Source: Octopus sinensis (taxonomy: Eukaryota). Taken from it: a stretch of 64,000 bases of DNA. The stretch spans positions 62,124,001 through 62,188,000 of the forward strand of contig NC_043001.1 of assembly GCF_006345805.1 (NCBI RefSeq). Direction: 5' to 3'. A program made the translations under genes and the position numbers. The notes below the pieces were generated by a model. The model was not told the DNA's origin and made no database searches. It saw only the letters and a list, made by a program, of their open reading frames with translations. Shown one piece after another: positions 1 through 13,176 of the stretch (within the stretch, counting starts at the first letter, position 1; every line of letters begins with the position of its first letter).

Positions 1-2450
1 CTTCGTTTGGCTTCTTGGTTTCCCTATGTTTCGCTGTGACTCTTGCAGCTTTTAATAAACTTTCTTCACTATTACCTGTATAGAATCTATATCTAATATA
101 GCTAACTCCATACAGTCTTCTACGGATATTAACCCTCTTCCACCTTCCTCTCTGGGTAGGTATAATCATGTTACTACTGATCTTGGGTAGAGTCCACCAT
201 ATATAATATTTCTTCTTAGTTCTGTATAGCTTTGCTAATTCAGTTTTTGTCCAATCTGCAAAATCTGCTGAGTATCTTAGTAATGATGCTGCCCAAGTAT
301 TTACAGCCTTCACTAAATTCGGACCATTCAGCTCTGACTTCATTAGGTTCCGCACCCTTTTGATGTACTACTCAATTTTCGTTTTCATATCTGTAGTTAG
401 TACTCTGTCAGATTCTAATACTCCTAGATATTTATAACTTTCTCCTCCTTTCAATGATTTTTATGTCTGGCTATCTGATAATTGGATACCTTCAGTGCTG
501 ACTACCTGTCCCCTTTTCATGACTAATATTGCACACTTATCTATGCCAAATTCCTATATCTCTGCTGAAGATTCTTACAGTCTATATTAAGTAATTTATC
601 TCTTTTTCATTCCAACTAAAAAGCATCAGATGATCCATGTAGAGCAAATGGTTAATTGTTTCATTACTATTTCTAAACTGACACCCTGCCTTTGCCTACC
701 TTGATATTAAATTGAGGGGGATCAAACATAATACAAATAGTAAAGGGGACAACGAGTCCCCTTGGAAAATACCTCTTTTGATATTAACTTTCCCTATGAG
801 TGTGTCACCTGAGTGGAGATCGACTTTCCATTTCTTCATGCTATAGCTATTTAATTCTCTTATGTTTTCTGCTATACTGAATATATTCAAACATTCACTT
901 ATCCATGAGTGTGACACCATGTCATAGGCTTTCCTATAATCTATCCATGTTTTTGTTAGAATTTTTTTCTTTCTCGCTTTTACTTTGTCTATATATAATA
1001 GATCAAGTATTCCTCTAGCCTTTTTCCTGCAACCTTTCTGTTCTTCTGGTAGTAAATACTGGTTGTCAAAGTGCTTGTAAATGCTTTCTGAAGCATTCCT
1101 GTTGACAGTTTTCACACTAATTGTAAGCAAGTGATTGGTCTATAATTGCTAACTGTATTATTCTTACTTATATCTTTCATAATGAATATTGTCCTCCCTC
1201 TAGTCATCCAATCTGGTATTATTCCTCCATTAAGGCAATCTTGAAGTTGTTCCCTCAGCTTCCCTAAACTACTGAAGTTCTTTAGCCTGGACCGTTCTAA
1301 TTCGGTATTTTTCCTAACACTTTACTCATTAATGCACTAGTTAATCTTAGATCTGGCTGTTTCTCGTTCACTACTTCTTCCTTCACTTTCTTTAACCATA
1401 CTGCGTTTCCATTATGATTGACTGACATATCCCAAATATTACTCCATAAATTTCTAGCTTCTTCTGCATCGGATTTCTAATGTTTAGTACTTCATTCTCC
1501 ACTATTTATTTGGTTATAAAATCTCCTCTGGTCTGTTTCAAATAATCTATTCCGTTGATACTGATCTATTCTTTTCTGATATCTGGAGAGTTTGCCTGCT
1601 ACTGCTATGATACGCTGCTTCAACTCTTCTTTTACTGTCCCAAATCCTTTTTCTTTGACTAAGTATCTTTTAGCGAGGGAAGATTTGCTTCTTGTGTTTC
1701 CTAACTTGTTCAGTTTCCAGGTTTCTATTCTAATCAGATCTTCTCTTAAAGTCTTCACGTTATTTTATAGTCTTCTTTACCACATTTGCTCTTTTTTTTA
1801 TCTTTCCCTGTGAGATATTTTATCTTCTGGTGACTATTTCCCCATCCTGCATAGATCAATAAGTTGGTGTCTCCTATATTTTTAGTAACTACCCTCCTGA
1901 TAACAGAATCTGCTTTCCTAGTCATATCTAGCAGCTTCCTTCTGTTGGTGCCTCTTAATGCTGACAGTCTTTTTCTTACTTCTTTACTCATTGCTTCCTG
2001 CTACTCATCTGAAATCTTCAGATCTTCCTCACTTAAATCACTTAAGTCGTTGGTGCCTTCATCATTGGTAGCACTGTTATTATTTTTTCCTTTAGGTTCT
2101 TCTTTGGTTTGAATTGTATCTCTTATATTGTTGTTTGTCTTTCCCACTGCCTTGTCTTCTACCTCCAATTCTTTTATCCACTTTATTCTCCTAATAGTAT
2201 TAGCTTAATCTACTAATCTCTGCTCAGTCACTTTAAACAAACCCTTCTCCACCCAAAGTGTTAACATTCGTTTTTTATAGCCCCTTCTTTTTGGTTCACT
2301 ATCTAAATAGCACTGCATCACTATCGTGTTTTCTTCGTTGGTTCACTTCCTCCTCCTGGCTCTATTATCCGCTGATGCTGTAATAGGATAACAGCTGTGG
2401 TCACCCTGCATCTTTACTGAACCACTGCAGAGCGAGAGGCCTTCCTTTAA
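1..2450 (-). mobile_element. R4/Dong-clade non-LTR retrotransposon, degenerate (N-terminus plus RT), runs off the left edge
   Basis: ORF 696-1130 has PEEQKG, WIDYRKAYDMVSHSWI and RGIFQGDSLSPLLF RT motifs. Near 2300-2360 the minus strand reads RRK*TNEENTIVMQCYL, a typical R4/Dong N-terminus. Many stops and frameshifts. Confidence 0.85.
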
Positions 2451-2814
2451 AAATCCAGTTTCATTTTAGCTGTTACAAACAGAGTTTCTTCGGAAACTCC
2501 TGTCTCACCACTATTATTTTTCGACATCTGAAAGTTTCAAGCAACTTTCTATTGCAATATTTGTCGCACCTTTGTGCTGGTGGGGTGGGGTGTGCTGCAT
2601 TTTTGTGGGGGAGGGGGATATTGTATCAGTACGTTTTGTTATGGGTTTGGGCTGAGTCTTATGTTGTATTAGTTTTTATATTGTGTGTCTTTTCTGCAGC
2701 GCAGGTTGTGTTCTTCTATGGTACATGCGGGCTTTGTTAATTTTGTTGGGTATTTGCAGTATGAGTTTATTTTCCCTCCCTTCTGTATGTACTGACTCTT
2801 GAACTACTACTGCG

Positions 2815-4190
2815 GAAGCTGGAGATATTGAAGGGTGTCCCTCGTGATCTAGGATGTGGTAGAAGCATGTCTCTTTATGCTGACGATGTCACCGTCATAG
2901 TGTCACCGTCATAGTGTCGAGCCACAGGCACATAGACCTGATTGACGACACACTAAAAGAATATGAAACGGTGACAGGAGCAAAAATTAACGCAGAAAAG
3001 TCAGTGAGCTTCCAAGTCGGCACCTGGTGAGGCAAGTCCATTACGTCCAACAGTGACGTGGGGCGCTAGATAGACGGTCCGGTTAAATTGCTTGGGGTCC
3101 TTGTTCGGCCCAGACCGCCAGGTGGAGAAAAACTGGGACGAGGTGACGAACAGGGTGGCCAATTTCACTCAAATGGGCCGAGAGGAAGCTGTCCCTGAAA
3201 GATCGAGGCGAGGTGGCGAATGCATACATTGCATCCGTCATCTATTACCGCTTGACCGTCGTCCCTTGCCCCTCATGTTGGCTGAATAAGCTGGTCCGCA
3301 TACTCTTCCGCTTTCTGTGGAGGATTCGCATTCTGCTGACAGGGCGCTCCATCTGCTGTCAACAGCTGCTGAATGGGAGCCTGGGCATACCGTAGTTGCT
3401 GATGCGGAGACATGCGCTCAGGCTGCGGCATCTACAGCGTTTCCTTGACGGTGAGCAGGTGTGGTCACCGTTTGTTAAACTCGCTCTTCCACAGCTCGTC
3501 TCTTTGAATGAGCTACAATCCTGGATTAGGCGTAGACCGAGGAGGGGCGCTTGGAACCTCGAGTGCCATCAAGCGCTCACAGTCCTCCGCCAGGCGGACA
3601 ATGCGTTTGGTGGTAGTTCCACTCTGGCGTTCTATAGAGGGTTAGTGGAGGAAAAGTGCGACGATGTTCTCGGGGAAAGTCTGGGCGTCATCGAGGATCA
3701 ACTTACTGGTCTGTTCCGGAGGACTTTCGGGCCGGGGTCTGTGGATTGCCTGTTCGGGATAAACTTTACAGGCACGGAAGTGCTGTCAGCTGAGCCTGTT
3801 TGATGCGCACGCAGAGCGACGAAACTGCTCGGCACGCACCCGTTCAGTGCCCGATCATTGCTGACCTGTGAGTTTATGTCGAATATCTGTTGTCGCGTGT
3901 GGGACGGATCCGGCTATCAGCTGAATCCATAGTGAAGATTGCCCCGCCGCCCTCCTTTGTCTGGTGGCTGAAGCAAAAGAAGTAGTGTCGTGAACACGTT
4001 TGAAAGGGCTAAAGACGGATACTTTCCTCTTTGGCCAAACCCTCATAAACCTTTTCATGGTGGAGAGGGAAGTGTTGCCTCCTAGCAAATTTGTTGAAAG
4101 GTGGGTGAATGTCGGAAAAATGATCAGTGCGAAAGGACCCATATTGAGCATGCGCCTGTGAAAAATAAAAGAAGGGCTCTTGCCCTGTTG
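2815..4190 (+). mobile_element. Tx1/L1-clade LINE 3' fragment (RT end, thumb, C-terminal zinc finger)
   Basis: SLYADDVTVIV, GAKINAEKS, YYRLTVVPCP..FRFLW, GSLGIP, a CxxxxxETARHxxxxC-like finger at ~3800-3850 and a terminal F.ERW, ending in an A-rich tail at ~4165. Frameshifted. Confidence 0.8.
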
Positions 4191-5224
4191 GTCAGGCCCC
4201 TGTGGGTTTTTCCACGAGTAGATTGGGGTCTTCTGGTAAGACAATTAACCACATAGTGTATCACTTGTTGACAACGGCTAGTATTTAGATGATAGTAGTT
4301 GTTGAATTTAAGTTACGTTCAAAGTGATGTCACTCATATTTACTGGGATACTCAAAAAGTGATACAGTATTTTTCTAAAAGGAAAAGCACTTAAAAGACT
4401 AGAATTATTTTATTTTACTGAAGTACCACTTTAGTGAGTTCTGTAACTCATTCCTAGAGAGCATATATTTCCTTTGCTGGAGCCCAATTAATGAATCACA
4501 CCATCAAAACCAAAATGACAAATTCTCAACACACATACACACATAGGTGTGTAAGTGCGTGTGTGTGTGTGAATGCATGTATGTGTTGCGTGTGTGCATG
4601 CACGCGTGTGTGCATGCACGCGTGTGTGCATGCGCGCGTGTGTGTGTGTGCGTGTGAGTAAATTTAAAGTTATTATTTTAAAGAAAGTTCAAGAATAACA
4701 ACAGAATATATAATGTTATGAAATTTATAAAATTCCTTTTGACTGATACTTATAGTTTCGCCTGACGACTTATTCAGCTTATCTCAGTGATCTCATAGTT
4801 TATATACATACGTACATACATACATACATACATACATACATACATACATACATACATACATACATACATACATACATACATACATACGTACATACATCTT
4901 ACCTTACACTCTCATTTTTACTTTGTCCTTTATTTTTAAAATAATGAATCTGCTTAGCATGAGAACCTAATCTTTTTGATTAGTTTCTTTATATATTTGA
5001 AATTTCATATGCTAGCATAACCCCATTGGTGCATATCACCTGATAAACCTCTAATGGAATATTACCTGACGACGTGGTAATATTTTGTAAACACGTTACT
5101 GCAAAATCTTATACAATCTTGCATGTATAAATTGTATGATGCAATATATTAATAAATGCTTACTTCTGAAATACGTGTGGTTAAGCCACATTATCTATTT
5201 GTTTCAACTTTAGTATACATACAA

Positions 5225-5268
<44 letters not shown>

Positions 5269-5339
5269 ATATATATAATTTTATTGTTTTATTCGTTTCA
5301 GCCGTGTAGCTGCGGTCATGTTGGAACACCACCGTGGTT

Positions 5340-6425
5340 TTGCTGGTGAAGAAAAGATTACTGAATCAGCAGAATGGCGAAATGACATGAAATTTCTATT
5401 TCATTTGACCAGAGTTTTTCGTTTATTTCAAAAACCGGCAAATTTCCTATTGTAAAGTTTCAAAAATACCCAACTTGAGTAATGCAAGATGGAATTCTCG
5501 AGCAATACTAGCTCTTTTGGCATTTATTCTTCTACCAGGAAAAAGAGTTTTGCTTCTCAATGTTTGTCGATTCATCTCTTACAGCTGGGAAGATTTTTGG
5601 TTTACTGACAATGCACATGATTATCAGAAGTTATGTAGTAGCCTGCAAGTTCATAAAAAAGCATTGAACTCTGTAAAAACTTTTGGAGTTGAGAACCATT
5701 AAAACTGGAAATTCCCAGAACAAATCAGAGTGCAGAACGGACAATCAGGTGCCTTCAAGACCTTCATGATGTTCGTAAAAAGAAGGAGAAACTTCAGCTT
5801 CGATTGATTTTATCTAACAAAACATTAATTCTTTGTTATGTTTAAAAATTTGCTAACATTCAGCACCCTTTTTCTTATACAGTTATTTAAAATTTGAATT
5901 AAACCTATAAATTTTTAAATATGTATTGTTTTAAATTTTGTATATTATCGAATGTTTGTAGTGGGCTCTGTCTTAAAATAACTTAGTTTTGAACCTTTGC
6001 ATAGTGCAATTTCAGTTCAGTAATCTTAAAAATGTATAAATACACTTTTATTCCACATCTCTCTTGCGTTTACAAGGATTCAGGCATCGAAAATACTGAA
6101 GTGTGAATCTAGTGCCACCTAGTGATTATAGTTTTAAAAGCCATTAACTCTGAAACTGCTTCAATTAGAAAGCTGAAATTTCAGATATACTATTTCTGCA
6201 TTGCATTAAGTCAGAACACCAAGTTTGGTAAAAACTTGAGCAGGTGTTATGGACACCTTTAGAATTTTGATGATTTGGGTCAAAAGTGGTGATCAATTTC
6301 TTAAGTTGGGTGGGGCGACGATTTTTCCAAATAAAGCAAAATAAATGTTAGTTTCTTGACTTTTATGAAATTATTCATCGAATTACAGTATACAGTTATT
6401 AGGGTGTGAAAAAGTCTTAACCCTA
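5340..6425 (+). mobile_element. hAT-superfamily (hATm-like) transposase C-terminal relic with 3' end
   Basis: Across frameshifts reads WRNDMKFLFHL..FP.VKF..PNLSNARWNSRAILALLAFILLP..PRTNQSAERTI, resembling the hATm ARW and N..AER motifs. The putative end reads ...accCTA at ~6425. Subfamily assignment is from memory. Confidence 0.6.
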
Positions 6426-6579
6426 ATGTACATATATACATATGTCTAAATGCATATATATGTGTGTGTGTATGTATGTGAGTGTGTGTATGCATTTATG
6501 TATGTGCGTGTGCGTGTGTTTATGTTGATAGAGACATAATCAGACAACGACAGACAGGCAAAATATTATTATTTGCAGA

Positions 6580-6614
<35 letters not shown>

Positions 6615-6641
6615 GTGTGTGTGTGTGTGTGTATATATATT

Positions 6642-6742
<101 letters not shown>

Positions 6743-6747
6743 TTATG

Positions 6748-6841
<94 letters not shown>

Positions 6842-7089
6842 ATATAACATATATATATTACCTCTCATAACCTCATAACCTATATATATATATATATATA
6901 TATGAAGGCTACCATTGGTTCATGTTAAGAACAGGAAAATAGTATATTTTCCTACCCTTCTTAACATGAAACCAATGGTACCCTTAATTCACAAATAAAG
7001 AAATTATATATCTCCCAATGCGGTGTTGAGCACGCATATCATCGTTCTACATTTATATACATACATACATACATACATACATACATACA

Positions 7090-7172
<83 letters not shown>

Positions 7173-7499
7173 GTAAATGTAGAACCTTTCTGTATATGTG
7201 TGTGTGTGCACGCGCGTGGATTTTTGTGGTGTGTGTGTGGAATGAAGTTGAAACAAAAGATAATTTGGGTTTCATCAAACGTATTTCAGAAGTAAACATT
7301 TATTTAAATATTGCATCATACAATTTATACATGCAGGTAGGTAGGTAGGCAGGTAGGCAGAAAGACAGGCAGGCAGACAGGGAGACAGGCAAAAAAACAG
7401 ACTGATAGACATGTTTTAGAAAGAAAATATTGATAGTGACTTTCGACTTTCTTACTGTCCACAAGACTGTGGTTTACTTTGGTTCTTTTCCTACTCTTC

Positions 7500-9757
7500 T
7501 TAAACTTCCGTGTACCAATGGGTCCAATGGACCCATTTCAGTTTTTTTTTCAGTTGCTTTTTCCTACTGTTTATATTATTTGATTCTGCTGATTTCTTGT
7601 GACTCTTATTTTTTCTTGACTCTCTTTTATTTGTCAAATGGGAAATTTTCTGTAAGTTTATAAAAGCTAGACAATTTCACTTTATACATTAATTACCGTA
7701 TGAGTCCATTGGACCCTCGCATTAAACTCAGTCACTACTCTAACAGAATAAAAGCAGTGTCAAATATTATTTTCCTAGATATTTATCAGATATAAAATAG
7801 ATAAAATTGTATTCAATTTATTTGCTGAATTTTTGATAAAATAGGAAAAATCATGAAAATATTCCTGTAAATTTGTGTGGTATTGCATCACCTTCAATCT
7901 GCTTGTTCTTACAATATATTGCATCACCTTTCAGGAGGGTATAAATATGTGGGAGAGAAATATCTGCCTTTGGTCTGCTTCAAGTTTCATGTAGCTCAGT
8001 TGTGCTTTCCAATATGGTTAGACGTGGAAACTTGAGTGAAGACCAAATATCAAAAAGGTTATAGGAATTAGATGAAGAATGGGAACTCTTCCCATAGCAG
8101 TGATTCCTTCTATTGCTCTGAAGATGGTGGTGAAAGTGATTGTGTGCTGGACAGTTTAGGTTCTGTGCCATCAGGTGATGAAGATACTCAAAAACAATTA
8201 TCTGCAAGCCACCCAATTATGAATGAGCAATATGTTTCTAGATACAGACAAGAAGTTTGGCATTCTAAACCTCTAACTTAAGCAGCAGTAAGAATTTCAT
8301 CTTGCAATATTGTGCGCCAAGAATGTGGACCATCCCGTTTTGCTAAAAAGTCTTGCAATTTAAACATGTTTTACTATCTTCATGCGTCATGAACAAATAA
8401 TAAAGATCAGGTTGTTTACAAAGATAAATGAAAGGAAATTCATCACTCTGAATTAAAGAAATTTATTGCACTAATTATTTTTATAGGTGTTTATAAATCT
8501 AAACATGAAAATGTCACACAATTATGGAGTCAAGAAGATGGCCGCCAAAATTTCAACTAAATTATGAGCCGGGGAAGATTTCAATAGATTTTACAAGTAT
8601 TACATTTTGATGATGCTAGTTCAAGAAGAAAAAAGAGAAGTGATGATAAATTGGAGTCCACAAAAGAAGTATTTGAAATGTGGAATCAGAATTTGCAAGA
8701 TGGATATGTTCCAAGTTGATGCATGACAACTGATGAACAATTAGCTTCATTCAGAGGGCGCTGCCCATTCCGAGTATATATTCCTTCAAAACCAGGGAAA
8801 TATGGAATTAAAATTTGGGCAATATGCGACAGCGAAACATCTTATGCCTGGAAAATGCAAATCTACACTGGAAAAGTCCCAGTAAAAGGGAAAGTGACAA
8901 ATCAAGGTTCAAGGGTTGTTGAAGACCTAGTAAAAGAACTTGAAAATACTGGTCACCATATAACTTGTGATCGTTTCTTTACAAGTCTAGGATTCAAAAG
9001 GATACTATGATCCTATCTTATTGTCCCAAGAAAAATTATGTCGTCACACTTATGAGTACAATGCACTCTCAGCCTTCTATTGATTCAAAAAGTGCCGAAA
9101 AGAAACCTGAAGTTATTACATGTTACAACAAAACAAAAGGAGTAGATACCCTAGATAAGATAGAATGACTCGAATATGGCTTATGATTATATTCTACAAC
9201 ATGATTGGTATAACTGCAGTGAATGCTTTCATTGTTGCTAAACAGCTTCACTTGCAAAGTTTCAAGGATAAAAGAAGACAGTGCCTTATTCAGTTAGGAA
9301 AGGAACTTGCTGGAGTTAATGCTAAACAAGAATATGACAAACAATCTTCTAGTTCCGCTAACATTTCTCAACCAAACAAGAAAAGAAGACGATCTCAGCC
9401 AAAAAAAAAAGGAAAATGTTCTTTGTGTGACCCCAAAAAACAGGAAAACTTGTATTACATGTAAGAATTGCAATATCCATGTTTTCCAAGAACATTCCAA
9501 TGTTGTCAGCATTCACTGCCATGAAGAACTGTAATTCTGTATTTTTGTAATTTTTAAAAATTTATATATTTTGTAAGCTGTATATTTTTATTGAAATTTG
9601 TTAGAAACAGTAATTCTTCATTCACCTGATAGCATATATTATGTAGCTAAGAAATAGTGGTAGTCTGAATAGAATTTAATTAAAAGAAAAATACTGGGTC
9701 CATTGGACCCAGTGGGTAATTAGTGACATACATTTTCTCTGGTAGACCAAGAGTTAA
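7500..9757 (+). mobile_element. piggyBac DNA transposon, full-span but inactivated
   Basis: TTAA at 7500-7503 and 9754-9757, with subterminal palindrome TGGGTCCA(A/T)TGGACCCA near both ends. Broken transposase ~8014-9534 has TDEQLASFRGRCPF..YIPSKPGKYGIK, ITCDRFFTS, YNKTKGVDTLD and a C-terminal Cys-rich domain. Confidence 0.9.
8014..9534 (+). pseudogene. piggyBac transposase pseudogene
   Basis: ORF pieces 8723-9010, 9165-9464 and 9307-9534 are joined through stops and frameshifts. The DDD motifs are recognisable. Confidence 0.88.
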
Positions 9758-9903
9758 CATGAAACCAGTGGTAGCCTTAATTCACAAATAAAGAAATTAT
9801 ATATCCACCAATGCAGTGTTGAGCACTCATTTAATCGTTCTTCATTTATATGTATATATATATACAAACATATCAAAATATGCAACAGGATATCCAGAGG
9901 TGT

Positions 9904-9989
9904 TGCAGTACGACCGTTTCAAGCGGCTCCATTTAATTGAACAATGTAAACATTACATCAATTTAAATGCAGAGCTATCCTCAGCTGCA
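9904..9989 (-). ncRNA. Type I hammerhead ribozyme candidate
   Basis: The minus strand reads UGCAG-CUGAGGA-(long stem II)-GAAA-CG-GU-CG-UA-CUGCA: a 5-bp stem I, a GUA triplet and a minimal stem III. The base pair closing stem II is U.U. Confidence 0.7.
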
Positions 9990-10075
9990 TAAATAGAAAT
10001 AATTTAATCAGTTGGACACATTTGTATAATTTTACTTAAATCCTCTAAGAGGGTAAGAAGATATCCATATATATA

Positions 10076-10168
<93 letters not shown>

Positions 10169-10570
10169 AATATATTCGGTTAAGTAATTGAGATTCTAGT
10201 GAATTCTAAAGAAATATATATATATTTCTTTATATATATATATAAATATATATATACACTTATATACATATATATATATGTGTGTATATATATATAATTA
10301 TATATATATATATATTGTATAAATATTATACATAATATATATTCATTTACCTTTCTATATATGTGTGTGCGCCCGTGTTTGTATATGTGTGTAATAAAGT
10401 TGAAACAAAAGATAATTTGGGTTTAATCAAACGTATTTCAGAAGTAAACATTTATTAATATATTGCATCATACAATTTATACATGCAGGTAGGTAGGTGG
10501 GCAGGTTGTCAGACAGACAGACAGGCAGGCAGGCAGGTAGGCAGGCAGTCAGGCAGTCAGGCAGGCAAGC

Positions 10571-10605
<35 letters not shown>

Positions 10606-10610
10606 TAGAC

Positions 10611-10690
<80 letters not shown>

Positions 10691-11119
10691 TGATAGATAG
10701 ACAGACAGACAGAGTTGTTTTACAAGGAAAAGACTGATAATGACTTTCGACTTTCTTGCCGTAAACTGTGGTTTACTTTGGTTCTTTCTGGCAACATGTT
10801 CCTAAGTTAGGTGCAGTAATGCGAATGAAAATTAGGTGTGGTTGTGTAGGAAGTAGGAAACAAAGAACAATGAGACGAAAGTATTTGATTGTAGGAAGTC
10901 TTTAAGAGAAATATTTGGTGGAAACTATTATTCTGCTTTGATAGTGAATTTGCTATCGTTTACGCTGTTGGGCGTGAAATTAAAGGAGTAACATGTATCA
11001 TGTTCAGGCCGCAATTTGTGAAAATGCAGATAAATACACGCATGGAACTGCATACCAATCCACATAAACGCATAAGAAATTATACATTTTTCTATACACA
11101 TATGCATATAGATGGAAAA

Positions 11120-11450
11120 AGAAGCTTGCTTTCAAATCACACGGTTCCGTATTCAGTCCCACTGCGTGGCACGTTGTGAATAGATTTAGTAGACAGAAAC
11201 TGAAAGAATATTGTCGTATATAAATGTATATATCTATATGTGCATGCCTTTGCGTTTGACCCCACCACCACTTGACAGCCTGTGTCGGTTTGTTTACAAC
11301 CCCGTAACTTAGCGGTTCGGCAAGAAAAGACCCTTAGAATAGGTACCAGGCTTTGAAAAAATTAGTGTTGGGTCGATGTGTTCTAATTGAAGACGGTGCC
11401 CCTACATCATCGCAGTCAAATGATTGAAGCAAGTAAAAGATAAAAGATAT
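11120..11450 (+). mobile_element. tRNA-derived SINE (family 1), degenerate
   Basis: B-box-like ...TTCAGTCCCACTGCGTGGCAC, GTAGACAGAAACTGAAAG, GTAACTTAGCGGTTCGGCAA and a GTAAAAGATAAAAGA tail, shared with the other copies in the window. Confidence 0.8.
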
Positions 11451-12238
11451 AAATATACACATATATACATATGCATACATACATATGTATGTATGCATAT
11501 GCATACACGCATTTACATATATTTTATCCGATTTTCTATTTTGAAAAATAAATGACTACAGTAAGCTTGGCTGACGATCCTTAAGTGCTACGGTACAAAA
11601 GGTGAAATTAATTGATACCAAAATAGCTGTTTCTTTGTAATTTATACAAGGTAAGCCCTATTTTATTATATTTCAAGTCAGCTAAAGAACTTCCAGTAAT
11701 AAGTATTTCAAAATACTTTGTTTCCTTTTATGATAACTAGGTTGTTGCTGCTATTTTAATATAGCTCAAGGCCAGTGCTAATTAGGTGGACATTGGGTCA
11801 AAAGAATTCCTTCCTCTGTTTTCAGGATTCTGAACTTCGTATTACAATATTCAATGTTGTCTTACACAATTTTAAGATACTAGAGTGAGATTTGAGAGAA
11901 ATTTTGCTGCTACTTCATGCTAGAAGTAACAATGTAGAAGGTGCCTTGTTAACTGTAAGACATCTGGTTGATACTAGCAGTTGAATTCAAGTTACGTTCA
12001 AAGTGATGTTACTCATATTTACTGAGAAACACAAGAAGTGATACAGTATTTTCATAAAAGGAAAACACTTAAATGCTCAAAATTATTTTATTTTATTAAA
12101 GTATCACTTTAGTGGGTTCTGTAACTCATTACTAGAGAGCATATATTTCCTTTGCTGGAACCCAATTAATGAATCACCATAAAAATTACAAGTTCTCATT
12201 CAACGCAGAGACACACATACTTTCTGTGCGTGTATGTA

Positions 12239-12282
<44 letters not shown>

Positions 12283-12744
12283 TGTGTGTGCGTTTGTGTA
12301 TGTGTGTGTATGTATGTAAGCAAGTACGTATGTGTTTGTGTGTGTATAAATATATGTACATACACACACACACATGTATATAATCCCTTTTATATATGTA
12401 TATATTAATATATATATATAACAAGTTTACTGGAACTTTTTGAAAATTCTTTTGATAATATGTTACTTTATATATTTTTGTAATGCTAATTCGAAATATC
12501 AAAAATTCCTTTTTAAGGTTTTCCAGCAATATAATGATAAAATATTCCATCACTTGTAGGTAAATCCATATATAGTAGGTCAAAATGAAACTAATAAAAA
12601 TTTTGTTGGTACTTTATTTAGCAAAATAAAATCTTTTATCTTTATCTTTTACCCGTTTCAGTCAGTTTACCAGTATCTTACCAAACAGCCACGTCTGCGC
12701 CTATATGATGTAAATGGTACAAATGCAATTGAGAGGTGAAAAGG

Positions 12745-13176
12745 CACCTCAAAATCTCTTCCTTTTCCCTTGGAAACTATGCCTGGAACTCTTCTGCTTG
12801 TGAGCATTTAATAGACATTCAAGATACAATATCCAACAATAGTCAGCCATCATAGTGACATTTCATCTTCCCTGATATCTTCTTTTATTTTGTCTTGATG
12901 AAACCATTTCCCTTGCTCTTTACGCACATCCATTACTGATGTAGGAAATGAACTTAAAATCTCATTTTACATCATCAAAATTTCCAGCACTCTTCCCACA
13001 ATGTCTTTGTAGTTTGGATCCTTGTCACTACCCAAGAAGTTTTGCCTCACATCTTTAAATTTAATTCATACATCTTTTTCAGAATACTAAGAGAGTTTTC
13101 AAAATTTTCATCCTTGATGAGTTTCCTTATATCTGGTGCTACAAATACATTCTCTTCAATTTTGGTGTCTGATAGC
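12745..13176 (-). mobile_element. Chapaev-like (CMC/Transib-related) transposase C-terminal relic
   Basis: Across frameshifts reads LSDTKIEENVFVAPDIRKLIKDENFE..NFLGSDKDPNYKDIV..EQGKWFHQD..YQGR..MMADYCWIL, matching the EGIFVGPQIR / EQGERFHQD / ADYCW motifs of Chapaev3-type transposases. Confidence 0.7.

Noticed and set aside
4748-4795. Hammerhead-like GAAACTATAAGTA on the minus strand
   Set aside because: The core is disrupted (CTGAGATA) and stems I and II pair poorly; at best a very old relic.
8014-9534. Domesticated PGBD gene
   Set aside because: Multiple stops and frameshifts plus retained TTAA-bounded ends indicate a dead transposon.
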